A program made the translations under genes and the position numbers. A DNA stretch of 64,000 nt. Source: the human T2T-CHM13v2.0 reference genome, Homo sapiens. The DNA lies in NCBI RefSeq assembly GCF_009914755.1, contig NC_060933.1. One strand, given 5' to 3'. Position 1 is the first letter of the stretch. Each line of letters opens with the position of its first letter. The notes below the pieces were generated by a model, which saw only the letters and a list, made by a program, of their open reading frames with translations, searched no databases and had not been told where the DNA came from. Shown one piece after another: positions 25,680 through 38,991 of this stretch.

Positions 25680-25856
25680 GAATGCCCTTCAAATGTTACA
25701 TATCCTTCCGTAACCAGCTTCTGGAAATGTCAGTTCTTCCACAGAGCTCCCTGCTGTTCTGTGCTGGAAGGCATTTCTGCATCTCTGAATTCCCATAATA
25801 CCAAAAGTGTCTGGCACTTGTTGGGGGATCAATAAGCAATTGTTGAATGAATGATG
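25680..25856 (+). mobile_element. L2 3' end
   Basis: gtgtctggcac..tcaataa..ttgttgaatgaatga. Confidence 0.6.
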
Positions 25857-26445
25857 GAAAGAGTCTATTCAGGGTATTGGTCCTTTCTTTTGTTTTAGTT
25901 ATATACACATCTCCAGTTCTGTCTTGAGGATAGATCAGTCTCATATTTCTCAAAGCATTTCATGTGAGACCTTGAAAATTGTAGGCACATAATAAGCGTA
26001 TTTTTTGAATAAAGAACTTAGAGGTAAGAAAGCAGGTAAAGCATGAATTGGTCAGTTTGTGGAAAAAATATTTTCGGAGTTCCCACCATTCCAAATTTTG
26101 TCCAAATAAATTTTTAAAATATTTGTCCCAAGTAAACACAGATTCTGAAATTTTTGCAGGACTCCCACATCATTAGTTTATATGAGGAGTTCTGCAAGGA
26201 ACACACTGCCTGCTTTTTATTTTGTTCCTCAGTATTTGAAATGGCTAGGCAGGAATCATGCGACAGAGAAATGGGAATTAATATTTGAGAACTTAAAACT
26301 CACAAGCAAGGAGAAGAATCCTGGGAGTTATGAAATACACCACATCCTCACGGGTCATGAACAAAACAAAATAAAACAAAATAAAACTACCTTTGGTTTG
26401 GGTTGAGCAAAGTCTAAAAATAAAAACTCAGACCTAAAATTTGAT

Positions 26446-26599
26446 TTTTTATTTTTAATTGTAAAATATACATAACATAAAATTTACCACTTGAAGCATT
26501 TTTAAGTATACAATTCAGTGGCCTTAAGCACATTCACCTCGTTGTGCAACTATCACCACCGTCTACCAGAACTTCTTCATGTTCTCAAACTGAAAAACT
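26446..26599 (-). mobile_element. L1MB 3' end
   Basis: aaaatatacataacataaaatttacca..tttaagtatacaattcagtggc..cacattcac..ttgtgcaac. Confidence 0.85.
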
Positions 26600-27435
26600 A
26601 GTTTAACTGGCCCATTTGGAATCTGGATTTTCTCAGATATTATCATAGGACAGTTGGTGGCCACATCAGCTCATTAACCAACGTCACTCAATGACTCTTT
26701 CCAAGTATAATTCCAATGTATAGAAAAGGTTTTAGCTAATTGTTTAGAAATAATCAAAGAAAATAAAATTTTAGGAGAAATAAATATTCAACGTGCTAGG
26801 ACCTGAGGAGATTCAAAAGGTTACAAAGAATCCACTATTTTCTGATGGGTAGGATTATGGTTGTTTGCTTTTGTGAAATATTGAACAGAATTGTCAAGAA
26901 ATACATTTTATCTAAGCATCTGTCTCCTTTTTATACAAAAGAAAGAAAGAGAGAGGAAGTTCTCTACAAATCATTCAGTGCCTAGCTCTACTCATCCCCT
27001 GTTAACAGATACTCCCACGCGTGAAAATATAATCCCAAGAGAGGATTCTGTATCTTCCATTAGAGCATTTCCAGAAACATAATCTTTTCAGCTAACATGG
27101 CAATCGCTGCAGGGTGTCCCACAAGGGGGCTACTCTTCACCTTGTAATGTTTAACGGCTGGAGTTTCTGTAGGGAGAAGATTGATTTACAACCCAAGGTG
27201 CCTGGTCCCCAAGCGCCAGTCGCTTCACTGTAGCCTTCAAGAATCGTATTTCACAGACCCAAATAACAGGCTTGGTAAACAATAAAATTGAGCACCAGAA
27301 TTGTCCAGGGAGCAGAAAGTACTACAGCCAGTGAGCCAGGATTCTGGCTGTGAGGCAGGGTGGGTGTCTGGGGGATATGGCATGGACTCTGAGCCAGGCT
27401 TCTTGATTGCCAAGTGCTTCTCCTCTAGTCTTTAC

Positions 27436-28510
27436 CTTCATCTGACAACTCCAGTGGTTCACGGCGGTGTAGACTCCAGTTCTCAATCCAGAATGGCTGT
27501 GTCTATTACACTGAAGATCTGGAAGAAGCTCGTTGGAGCAACCAAGTTCAACAATTTTCAACTGCTAGGAGTCTGAGGGCAGGACCTGGGCAATTTGTAG
27601 CAGACCAAGGGGAGGGGAGTGGCTTCCCCTGAGCCCTTGCTCACCTTGCTCCCATATAGGGCCTGGTGCGGGGGCTGCATCAGACTAGGGCATGACGCTT
27701 TTTAAAAAATTCACCCAAACTTCCAGGCTAGTGGAGGCCCAACAGAGGAAGTGCCTCAGGGCGCTCAGGACAGATAGCCTGAGCTGGTGCCAGTCTGGTC
27801 CTAAACCTTAGTTCAATCAAAATAGCTGCACTTTTTATACATATATACATATAAAAATGCAAATACATATTTTTTAATATTTGAGGAAGTGTATATAAGA
27901 TTTCCCCCGTATTTGAAAGACTCCACTACTTAAAAAAAGAAGAAAAAAAATTCCCTCTGATGATAAAACAGAGGCTTCCAAAGCATAAAGATGGGGCAAA
28001 TTCATACATACAGAGTGGGGATCAGGGATGAGAATCAACGTGCTGCCAACTTCTGGCCCACTGCTTTCTCTCCACCCCATGGCCTGCTTCACAGCGTGCC
28101 CTTTAACTTCAAAATGCAGGGTGGCTAAAGTATTTACAATGTCCTGCTCCCAATTCTCATGCAGTGTGAACAGCAGGAGAAAATGAAACCTTTGAAAGAA
28201 ATGAAAAGAAACTACCTGCCTGTGGACATTCTGGAAATCAACGGCTGACCCAGAAGGACTGTGAACAAGCCTGCCTCCTGATCCGGTGCCTCCGGGTCAT
28301 TTTCACCTGACGTGAGTCCTTGGCAGACTTTCGTGTTTGTAGTTCCTGCTTGTTCATGGTGCATAAGGTGACTAGGGAAATCCTGATGCCAGAATTTCCC
28401 AAATTACCCTACACCCAGGGCCCCGAGGAGCTCTGAGATTTCAGTACCTTACCAGCTGCTGTATCTTTAAACACAGGCTTGTTTTTTCCTTATAATTGAG
28501 AGACGAGGCC
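27436..28510 (-). other. Candidate spliced exons (lncRNA or 5'UTR): 28453-28510, 27645-27727, 27436-27572
   Basis: Splice-site consensus only: ttccctgtctccag|..CTG|gtaagg; AAG|gtgagc; cctgccctcag|..AAG|gtaaag. Confidence 0.25.
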
Positions 28511-29544
28511 CTGGAGACAGGGAATGCTAAACCCCTCAGATGCTCCTGCTAAAGCCCTGAGTAACAGTGGGTGCTCCTGAATAATCAGTATTCAACACCG
28601 TGGTCAGTTACTTAGAGCAAGGAGAAAACATTTTACAAAAGAATTACCCTATTCTTTCAGAAAACGGAAGTCCCAGGTTCTCTGCACTATATTATTCTCA
28701 CCCGTTCAAGCACTTTTTTGTTCAGACATTCAAGTGAAAACATTGATTCAACCAACCAGTAGGAGGCAAAATATGTCACCCAATATACTTTTTCTCTCAT
28801 GCATATAAACAAAAGAAGGATTAAAAACACCAGCACCCAAAGAAACAATGAAGACTCCGTTTGATTCTTTGATTTTTACAGCTGGATAAGCTGAGGGTCT
28901 CCCTGAGAGTCTAAGCAGTTCATAGTAGAATCCACTTCCTAGTCTTGGGTCTTACCACCAAACCCCATGACCAGAGCTAGGAAACACTATTTCCCAGTTC
29001 GCCTGAGACTGTCTTGGTTGACATTAAGTCATCCGAGTGTAGTTAATAATAGTGCCTCTGTCACTCTCAAAAGTGTTCCAGGGAAGATAATTGATGACGT
29101 GATCACATCTCCTAAGGATGTGTGTTTACTGGGCTTACAGCTAAGACAGACGAAGCCAGTGGGAAGAAGTGGGAAGTATGCAGAGCATTGGCCCTTGGAC
29201 TGAGCACTCACAGAAACCTGACCACAAGCCCAAATCTTGTGCTGATACGTGCTCCTCAAATTCTCAGAGACATCTGTGATCTAAAATAGGTTAACAGTCA
29301 CTAGGCCGGTTTACAGCCCTACCCGCTGGGCACCCATCCCAGGAGACAATCAGCTGGGCAGCCTCCAACTCTCTCTCCTCCTCCTGCCTTCTCACTGCAC
29401 CAAACTGTTCCCATGAAACCCAAACCTACCCAAATGGATTTGGCTCTTGTTGTAGTTTCTCGACTAATTCCCTAGGGCCTCTCGCTCTGGCAAGATTCTG
29501 TTAGGTTTGTCATGTTTCAGAAGTATAATGATTAAGAATCACAG

Positions 29545-29668
29545 AGGGCAAGGGAGTGGGAGAAGAGGAGGAAGAGCAGGTAGGGGGAGGCAGCAGGGAG
29601 AGAGATTGGGGAGGGGGACGAGGAGGAGGAGGAGGAAGAGGAGGAAGAAGAGGAGGAATGAGGAGAGA
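29545..29668 (+). repeat. Polypurine (GGA/GAA) low-complexity tract
   Basis: gaggaggaggaggaagaggaggaagaagaggagg read directly. Confidence 0.85.
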
Positions 29669-30209
29669 GTATTGTTAACAACAAGACCCCTGGGACAGTC
29701 AGCCATGGGAAGATTTCAGTTTAAGCAACAAAGACTATTTTGTTCCCTGAGCTCTCAACTGAGCAGCGTTTGGCTCCAACAGAAGAAAGAGGTCCCTGGG
29801 GAAAGGCGGGGGCCATGTATCCAACTGCCTCCCTTGTCACCACAGGCTGTCATCTTGTCAGGAGCACATAAACCAGGCAATGCTGGTTTCAGTCCGCACC
29901 AGGGGACAGGCCACTGAGCGAAACTTGGTGTCTAGGGTGGTGCCACAGGGATCTGTCTCTTCCACCTGAATCTCTCTCTGGGAGATCCACCTTCCTGGAG
30001 ATCCTGGCTTCTTTTCTGGAGACATAAAATGAAGATTCAGATCACCCAGGGGATTAAAAATCTCAAGGCAACCTGCAGGAGGTGAGAAAGGAATAAGAAG
30101 AGATGGGTATTAACTGCAGGACCCTGGAGCTCCTGGCTCCCTTCCGAGGTGAAGCACGCCCACGATCCTCTCCTACCCTGTCTTCCTTCAAAAACGAAAA
30201 ACAGTGCTC

Positions 30210-30340
30210 ACTTGGAAGATGAGGATACAATTCCCTGTTGGAAGGGCTGCTGTGGAGATTAGGGACAATATCAACAGAGCTCTCTGTGCCGCGTCTGACA
30301 CTCTGTGCTCAATAAATGGTAGCTCTCATTAGTGATATTA
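30210..30340 (+). mobile_element. MIR 3' half
   Basis: gggctgctgtggagatta..gtctgacac..gtgctcaataaatggtagct. Confidence 0.65.
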
Positions 30341-32267
30341 AAGGGGCTCTACATTTGAAGAGTAAAGAGGTTTGATTTTTTTTTTCTGGAAAGAAGTAAA
30401 TGGCTTCTTAGAAAGAAGAAGCATTGCCACTGAATCACAGTAAGACTGTGTTTAAAATTCTGTGCATTTAGTCAGGTGTTTGAAGGAACAGTATGTCCCA
30501 GTCTCACTGGGAGCCCTTGCTAGCACATGCCCTGTGGAATATTAGCATGTGTGAATTTACAAAATAATCTCTATAACGGACCTTGGAAAATGGGTTCATG
30601 GTGTTTGCCTTTCACCTGCAAACCATGGCGGTGATTTAAGGAAAGGCACATGTTAATCAACCCATGTACAGGCCCTAGAGGGGAATAAACGGAGCAGCGT
30701 GTCTGGTCAATGTGAAGAGGGAGATTCTCCCTACAGAAACTCAGAGGCCAAAGGAGTGGGAGGAGAAGAGAAACCGGAGGAGGAGTGGATAGAGGGAGGC
30801 AGGTGACAATCTGCCTGCCTTAAACGTGAGAAGTCCAGAGCAGGTGAGGTAGGTGACCTCAGTTAGAAATCAGGGGAAGGCACCAGACATTTCCCCTCCC
30901 ACCTTCCCACTCAGCAGTTTTGAGGCCAAGTGCATCCACACCCCAAAACTGAGAGCTGACACTGAGCACCACCTTTCTGAAACCTCCCTTTGCTTTGGCT
31001 AGCAGAATAGATTCTGAGCCATCCTCTCTGGAGCACCATTCATTATTGCTCTGAAAAGGCTGGGACTTGCTTTCAAAAGGCAGGTGGGCCTGGGGACCAT
31101 GTTTCACTTCTTGACACCATTAATTGGGTTATGAGTCAGAGCTGTAATGAAGACAAGTTTTGGTGTCTCCTCCAACTGTCCTGGGAAATGCACATGCACA
31201 GGCCCAAAAGCCACAGAGGGTGAGAGAGCCGGACAGATTTGCTTTGTTTATTGGGCCCACGTGGTCACCAGATAAATGGTCAGCACCATGGGACTCCTCT
31301 GTGCACAGGCCTACAGTTTTTTCTGCTGCTCCCAGAGGCCCTTAGATGTCAGAGTCTCTCACCCAGAGTGGCTCATTAGTAACAGGAAGAAGTGGGAGGA
31401 GGCAGGAATGGATTCAAAACAAGCCACAGAAGGAGGCTTGAAAGAAGGAATAAAGCAGGGGCTGGTCTTGCATGTGAATCAGGCCATTGTACAAATAGGA
31501 GCAAGACCAGCTCCCTACCTGGAGGCAGCAAGGAGAGTGGCACACACTTAGCAGCCTGCATCATGCAGCAAACCTCTGAAGGTCCAAGACTTATCAAAAG
31601 AAACAGCCCAGACTTATCAATCTCACAGAAGTCCATTATGCATGCAGTCCTGGATCTGGCCAGTTAGGCTGCATAAAACATGCAGGCTGACAAGTCTTAT
31701 CACCTCAATGAATTCGAAAGTCCAATTACATTTATAGGATTCTTGGCCTCTCTAATGCTTCCATGCAACTCTATCAGACTTCATTTAGACTCCCTGCCTT
31801 TTGGATTAAATGTTTGCAGCCCCAGCTGCAATCTCACTTCGATTTTAAAATCCTCCGGTCTGGTATATTGTTTACAACTAGCAGGAGGCTTATCTGTGGT
31901 CCTTTGGAGAGGATGCATTATGACATCATCTGAGGAAGTTACGATGTACACCACCCTTCGGTTCTCCCTTAAGTCCTCCGCTCCAGAACAAGTTCATAAA
32001 TCCCAACTTCCTCAAAACCAAACTAGAGAAAGGGACAAGGTCAGAAAAGACCAACTTTCTGAACCAATGACAGGAGCTTCTCCCGAGGGGCAAGAGGAGA
32101 GATTGCTGCAGTGCCATTTGGTTATCTGCTCCTAGTCCTGGGGGTGTGAGGAGCCTGGAGGCTGGAGTGGTGCAGGTGGATAAACCAGGCCTGAATGCTG
32201 CCCCAGGGAGTTTGGAAATCACTGAGCGAGGGAGAGAGAGAGGGAGACAAGGCTTTGTGTCTTTGAA

Positions 32268-32514
32268 GCAGCACAACCTAGTAGTTCATTATGCATTTTC
32301 TGGGGTCAGACTGCCTGGTTTCAATCCAGCTCCATAATTTGTGCCCTTGTGCGAGTTGGCCAGCCACTCCCCGTCTCCTTTTCCTCTTTTGAAAACTGGA
32401 GAGGTGAAAGCCTGCATCCTCGATTGTGTGTCAGGGTTACAGGAGGTCATACTGTGATCTGCCTAGAAATGATGCCTGGCACAAAGTCGGTGCTCAGTAC
32501 ACGTTAGCTTTTGT
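32268..32514 (+). mobile_element. MIR (near full length)
   Basis: tctggggtcagactgcctggtttcaatcc.gctcc..tgcctggcacaaagt.ggtgctcagta. Confidence 0.8.
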
Positions 32515-34063
32515 CATAAACCTGCCTTCTCCAAGCACCAAATCACAGTGAATTTATCTCCAAGGAAACTGGCAGTTACAAGCTCTTCCTTTCACCAGGA
32601 TGGAACATTAACACAGACAGCCTAGGAAACATGATAATTTGGATGGTTGCAGCAAAATTACCTGTTGCCTCTACCTTCTCACTCAAGACACCAGAGAGAG
32701 ACTCATGTTGGAACTTTCCATAGACAACAATACCACATGGGCCACTCAGAGCAGCCTTTCATTCTGCTGCCAACCTGGGAATCAGATAGCGTGCTTGGGT
32801 TGGAACCTGGTCTCTTCATAGTGCTGCCTCTGAGCAGTACGAATTAGGCCATTCCTCAACTCGAGGGAGTGGTGGGCTGAAAAACCTGAATGCATTGTCA
32901 GGCAACAAAAAGCTAAGGATTTACTGTTAACCTCAGATGCTTATTAAACCTCCCATCTTGAGTGCTGCAATCTACCCTAATAACATGGTTATTCAACCTT
33001 ATTGTATCCTTGTTAACTAACTGGCATCTATTCCACAAGAACTTTCCATCCTGGGAATTTCCAGGTCTGCAGCAGAGCCTAAAAGCTAACTCAAGTCCAA
33101 AGCTCATGGGAATCAGTGGATTAAGCCCCAAGCCCACCTGACCCCAGGTTGAGCTGTGATGTAGAAACTCTAGTCACCAAATGTCATGCTCAAGTGTTAA
33201 TGATGTTTTTGTCTAACTTGGTCTGAACTGCAAGTATTTCTAGGCTCACTTACTCTTAAAGACAACCCCAGCGTTTCACACTGAAATTAACACTCTTTGA
33301 CACAGCACACAGTGCCAGAGTGTAACATTTACAAGGGGAAAATAACTTGAAAGTGAAGGAGACCAAAAAGGCATAATTACCCAAGGCAAACTGTTTTGTT
33401 CATTCAGTGATTACAGTGGTTTTAAAGCCTTATAATTTATCATAGCTCAGAACAATTTAAATCTCAGTTGTGCTCCTTCAAGAAACAGAGACGCTTCCCT
33501 TCCTTTATTCCTTCTGACAGGCTACTCTTTTAATATCATCTTAGTTCTAAGATGGCATAGACTATACCTTCCCCACACCACACACAGACAAAAAAGAAAA
33601 CTGACAGCAGCCGCCTTTCCCCTTTGCATTGGGCTGCAACACACAAATAACCAAAGAGTATAACAATTCCAAATGGGTGTAATTTCTTTCAGGTTCAAGT
33701 ATCAGTTTGCTTGTTTTGCTGCTGCTAATCACCTCTTAAACAAACAATTGCTTTATCTATGTACTGTGCCTCATTTCACTTTCAAATTATGTGTGTGTTT
33801 TGCTCCTAACAGCTTATTATGATCTGTAATTAACAATTTTGCGAAAGCAGAGCTGTGTATTGAAGAGAGCCCACATGCTATCTGAGAAGTACTTGAAACA
33901 GGAGGCCTTTGTTTTCATCACAAATTTGGCAAACAGAAGACGCCTCCCTTCTCTTCTCTGCATTGTCTCCTTCAGAAGTCCAGAAGTGCAAAGGCAGAAA
34001 ATTAAAAGGAAGGCTTCGAACTTCAGCAAAATTCCAATGGGCTACCTTTGAATCTAAATACAC

Positions 34064-34234
34064 CAGGGCTTCTCAAATTTGGCCACAATTTGGAATCACC
34101 TAGGGAGCTTTTACAGGAATGCCCAGACTTAGCCCCAGACTAATTAAGTCAGGGTCTAGGGATGGACCCAGGTCTGAGTTCTTAATAAAGTACCCCAGAT
34201 AATTACAAAGCGCAGTCAAGATTGAACACTCCTG
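34064..34234. mobile_element. MER5A-type MITE
   Basis: cagggcttctcaaa..ttggaatcacctagggagcttt..gattgaacactcctg terminal inverted repeats. Confidence 0.75.
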
Positions 34235-35024
34235 TGACAAACTAGCTAGTCTGCTTTGCAGGAGCTCAGAGAAAAGGGTAATAACAGGGATGAATTCAGT
34301 GGTTAAAAGTTGTACTTGAGTGCACTAAAATTTAGACTATTTTCCAAGTCCATGAATCATCTCCAATCTAGATGATTTGCAGAAGATTATTTTTCCCCAT
34401 TTCTCAGCTTATTCAAGCTCACCAAACAAGCAGCAAAGTTATTTAAAAATTTCACCCTGGGAAGCAGGTTTTTGAGATTATCGAGGGAAAACTCATTTGG
34501 GAACATATTTCCTGGATATATTCTGGCATAGGCAACCAGCATTTCTCTTGTGGTTCAAGCACTTTAGAACTTTCTCTGCCAGGCTTGGCAAAGTTATAGA
34601 CACAGCTCCTGAAGTCTTGTGTTCAAAGGTCCAGATATGGTTCTCCACTTTTACACAATCCATTAGACTGGAGGGAAACCAATTTCTTTAACATATAACA
34701 AAGAAGCTGGGTGTGGGCTTTAGTATGAGTAAGCCATCAGAATTTTAGGGCACAGGTACTTTTTTTTCATTTGTGGTAGAGGCTTGCAGCCCTGGCTGAA
34801 ATGCTTCTCCTGAACCCAGGTCTGAAGTGTGCCAAACGTGTTACTTGTGCTCGCCTCTACTGTCAGCACGTCCCTCTCTTGAAATTGCTCTGTCCTTTAT
34901 TTCTTATTCTATTAAATTATTTCTATTATTTTATTTCTTATTTTTTATTCTTATTAGACTTAAGTATCAAACAGCTTCATCTCATCATGATTCTCCATAC
35001 AAGCACATTCGAAGTTCAAAGCAC

Positions 35025-35915
35025 TATAGTGGATCAGAATATGACACCCCAAAACATGCCTCTTTTTTTTTTTTTTTCTTTTTTTGAGACAAGAGTTTCG
35101 CTCTGTCTCCCATGCTGAAGCGCAGTGGCACGATCTCCTCTCACTGCAACCTCCACCTCCCAGTTCAAGTGATTATCCTGCCTCAGCCTCCTGAGTAGCC
35201 GGGATTACAGGTGCGCACCACCACGCCCTAGTAATGTTTGTATATGTTGTGTTTTTTTTAGTAGATATGGGGTTTCTCCATTTTGGCCAGGCTGGTCTCA
35301 AACTCCTGACCTCAGGTGATCCACTCGCTTCAGCCTCCTAAAGTGCTGGGATTATAGGTGTGAGCCACCACACCCGGCCAAAATCTGCCTCGCTGACAGA
35401 AGGGTTATTTTGAGCTGAGACAATTGAGATACAGCAGATGCCAGAAAGGCTCTCTGTACTCCTTCCATTTGCCTAAAAGATATAAGTTTCCATTTGTAAA
35501 GGTGTTTTTGTCTCCTGTACCAGGAAGAGGAGGACAACGCTTAAGACTAAATCACTGTAATCTCTTCTCAGACCAGAGATGGCACCAAGAGAAACTTTAC
35601 TGAAATAGCTCTTATCTTCCATTAGTTTTCTCACATATATGTACCTTCCCACAGTTTACCACTCCTAGAAGCCTAAATTTCTTTTCCTTTGTCTTGTCAC
35701 CTCTCTACAAATTTATTGTTCTTTGCTAGGATGCTAGATAAGTTCCAAGTTCTAACCACCCCTTTGAGTTATTCATCACTGAGTTTCTCCCAGGGGTATG
35801 TCCACTGTATTGTTAACAAACTTGCTATTCCCTTGTTAATCTATCTTTCATCAGTTTAATTTCCCAGCCACAGAATCTAAGAGGGTAGAGAATAAGCTTT
35901 CCCGCCTCCCCTACG
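35025..35915 (+). mobile_element. MER34-type ERV1 solo LTR, interrupted by an Alu
   Basis: ggatcagaatatgacaccccaaaa..ttattttgagctga..caattgaga..cagcagatgc; ends aagagggtagag..cctcccctac. Confidence 0.8.
35063..35378 (-). mobile_element. AluS (Sx-like)
   Basis: Full reverse dimer; degenerate TSD aaaa..tgcctc. Confidence 0.95.
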
Positions 35916-36005
35916 GTGCTAATAAAGAATTCTAAAGGGATAAATTGCACTTTGCATGTTGGGGCAAATTTTCTCCTCCATCCTTCTACCCAACTCCAAC
36001 TTTAA

Positions 36006-36032
36006 CACACACACACACACACACACTCACAC
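36006..36032 (+). repeat. (AC)n microsatellite
   Basis: Read directly, one interruption. Confidence 0.9.
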
Positions 36033-36049
36033 AATTTTGTTATCTAATC

Positions 36050-36223
36050 CAGTGGCTCCCAAATATGGCTGGTCATTGGACTCAACTAGGGAGCTTTTAA
36101 ATTATGATTTCCTAGGCTCCATTCCCTGATTCTGACTCAATAGGTCTGGAATGAGGCCCAACAATCCGTATTTTGGAAACTCCTAAAGTGATGCTGATGA
36201 TTATCCATATTTGGAATCTACTG
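36050..36223. mobile_element. MER5-type MITE
   Basis: cagtggctccca..gattctgactcaataggtctggaatgaggccca..ttggaatctactg. Confidence 0.75.
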
Positions 36224-38991
36224 ATCTAGCCCACAAGTGAGTACCAGATCAGATTAGGGAGAAGGGAAAGGGTCACCCCATACAAGGTGTAAGGGAGGGT
36301 GGAGCAGGTATTCAGAAGTAGGTAAGGATTTTTGGCACTTCTTCAATCCCAAAACAGCAGTTGTCCAAGTATATGCGGCAGATGTGTCACTGCTCAGAGA
36401 GCGAATGGCCCTGGGGTCTGCAATCTGTCACCATTACTGCCCAAATAGTTCCCGGAGATGTCAAGGGACAGGCCTACCTTCAGCCATAATTAAGATTCTG
36501 ATTTCCCAGAACCTATTCTCCACGCAATAAATGAGAAAGCCTGTACTCTTTCAGAGGGCTGGTCCCCAACTGACAGCCTCAAATTTAGAGCTGAAGAGGG
36601 GAACAAGGGACTGGGAGAACAGAGTGAAGAAGTTTAACGAGAGGGTTGAAGTGCATAAAACACAGAGGAGAGGAGACCTTCGATGTAAAAACCAGTTTAA
36701 TAGAAAAACATTTTCTAAAATGACAAACCAAAGGCTGGGAAGCGTCAAAACTCTTCTCAGTATCTCTCATTGGCTGGTTTGCCTCACAGATCCTCCTTGT
36801 GAAAATAAAAAAATAAAAATAAATAAATAAAAAACACTCTGCAAGGCAAGAAATATTGTGACTCAAATTGCATCCGTGAGATTCTCTGATTAAAAAAAAA
36901 TCAATTTGTCGGATCAATTTTTCTTAAACAAGTTCATCATACTCTAGAGCAACGAGCCAATCAATAGGGAATGTTTTTCAGCCACTTCCCAGCCTTCCCA
37001 CTTCAGTAATTGCTAGAATTTCATATCGACAGGCCATAGGATGCTTTGAAGGCTGAATTGATCCATTAGCCTGTGGTGCTACAAGGCTGGGCCACAACAA
37101 TAACGCTGTGTCCCTCCGGGGACCAGGGCTGAAATCAAACAGGAGGTGAGCCATTACATTCTCCACTTGACCGTGGAGGAGCCAGACTCCAGCCTCTACT
37201 GGAAACTTGGGAATGAGGAACAAGGAGAAAAATCAAGGAAGTCGGAAGTACATGGAACAGAGAAGGAAGGCGGGGCAGCAGAGTTTGGGGCGGGAGGAAA
37301 CCCCAAAGACCTACAGTCTGACTGTAAGTGGTCTCCACTGAGGAGGAAATGCTGTGTGGCCTGATGAAACCACATGTGCTGGGCAGCTGCAGTGAACAGA
37401 AAAATAAACTTGAAAGGACTCCAAAAGAGAAGCTAAATGATGCTCATCAGTATCATTTCAGCCTTGAACCTTAGCTCATAGTTCTTCTTTAACAGTGATG
37501 TGAATAATTACTTGTGCCTGGGGCTAAGGAGAAAGGGAGCCTCCCAGAGTGCAGCCAAGGAGAAAGAAGCAAGGAGTACAGGGAAAATGGAGCAAACTCT
37601 TATCTTTTGCCAGGAGGTAAAATTATTCATCTTGTAATCATTCCTGGACAGCTGTCCTGTGCATTTATACAACCCACTAACTCAGCAGGTTATCATAATA
37701 GGAATTATAATACACAAAGCATCCCAGAGAAATCAAGGTTTGATTCACCAAAGAGAGAAATTACCACAGGGGGCCAGATCATATTTCCTTTGCAGGACAA
37801 AGTTTAACTTTGGTAACAGGAAAATAAAATCTGATAGTCAGAGTATACTCTGGTAAGAGGCACTGGTTTTGCCCATTATAAAGGTGCTGTTCATCTATTA
37901 ATCAGTGAATTGTTCATTAACTATCCTACACAGTTATGTAGGCTTCTCATAAACCTGTTGGAAAGCAATGTCTGTGGAAAGCAAATTTGCACAAGAGATG
38001 GAAATTGCCCACCACATGCTAGCATGATTAACCTTCAATTTTTATGTGGAAATTAGGTATGCCTTATTAAAACTCAAAAGCCAGGGTTTTACTGCCCTCA
38101 GATACAAGCATATGTAGATACATACATTTATACCAGTAGCACGAGCACAGCTCTGAGTGGCAGGTCAGCATATATTAGTTGCTGGGTCAGACCTCAGCAG
38201 AGGACAAACTGACGTGTTCCGTGCTGTCACACATTGCTTATTGTATGCACTAGACATCCTGAAGGACACTGACATCCTTGGCAACTCATACCTTTTTCAG
38301 TTTCCATGAAAACCTTACTTATTGAGTTCATGTGTGTATTTGCTTAGTATATTTCATAATCTGAGTCCAACCTGGTCCTCATACAAATATAATTAATCTG
38401 TCTACTTTGAATAGACAACTGCAGTATCATCTCTGTGGCTTTCTACATAAGTTAAATATGGAGGAAAAGAATTATAAAAATGAAGACTATTTAAATGATA
38501 GGTTTGTTGACTATGTTACTAGATAAACTCATCGACAGAGTTAGATAATATGCAGTTGGTAATATATTTATTTGAGCAAATCTACAGTGAATTGTGGAAA
38601 ATTAATACTGCTTCTAGAAACATTTGTGGCCCACAGTGGCAGTGGACAGAGATCTGGTAGGAACACCAACCTGGTTTCTGAGTTACTTTGGCATGGACAG
38701 GCTTATCACCCAAATGCCTGCTATTTAAGGCATGGGGCTAATTCTTACACAGAGCAAAACAGCCCACACCCCAGGGAGGCTTCTGTGCTGCTCCTATCAA
38801 AAATGCCATTGAAATGAGTGGCAGATAAGGCTGTCTCAGGAGATGAATCTTGCACACACCCTGTCTAGGAACAAGCTTTATCCAGATAACTGGGGAAATT
38901 TTGTAAAAATTGTGATTCCCTAGATCTGAGGTGGGCTCCTGGAATCTGTACTTTTTAAAGTTCTACAGTTAACTCTAATGGATAAACTTGG

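Larger units (their letters stand above)
26680..31270. promoter_or_regulatory. Putative enhancer/promoter region (ACGTG, CRE-like, ETS and AP-1 motifs)
   Basis: Largely unique sequence; seven ACGTG cores, CGGAAGT 28665, TGAGTCA 31132; not a CpG island; motif evidence only. Confidence 0.35.

Noticed and set aside
30009-30081. Possible plus-strand exon with MKIQITQGIKNLKATCRR before gtgaga
   Set aside because: No recognisable protein and no partner exon found
36531-36836. ORF ending in an A-rich tract, possible processed pseudogene
   Set aside because: No TSD and no recognisable parent protein
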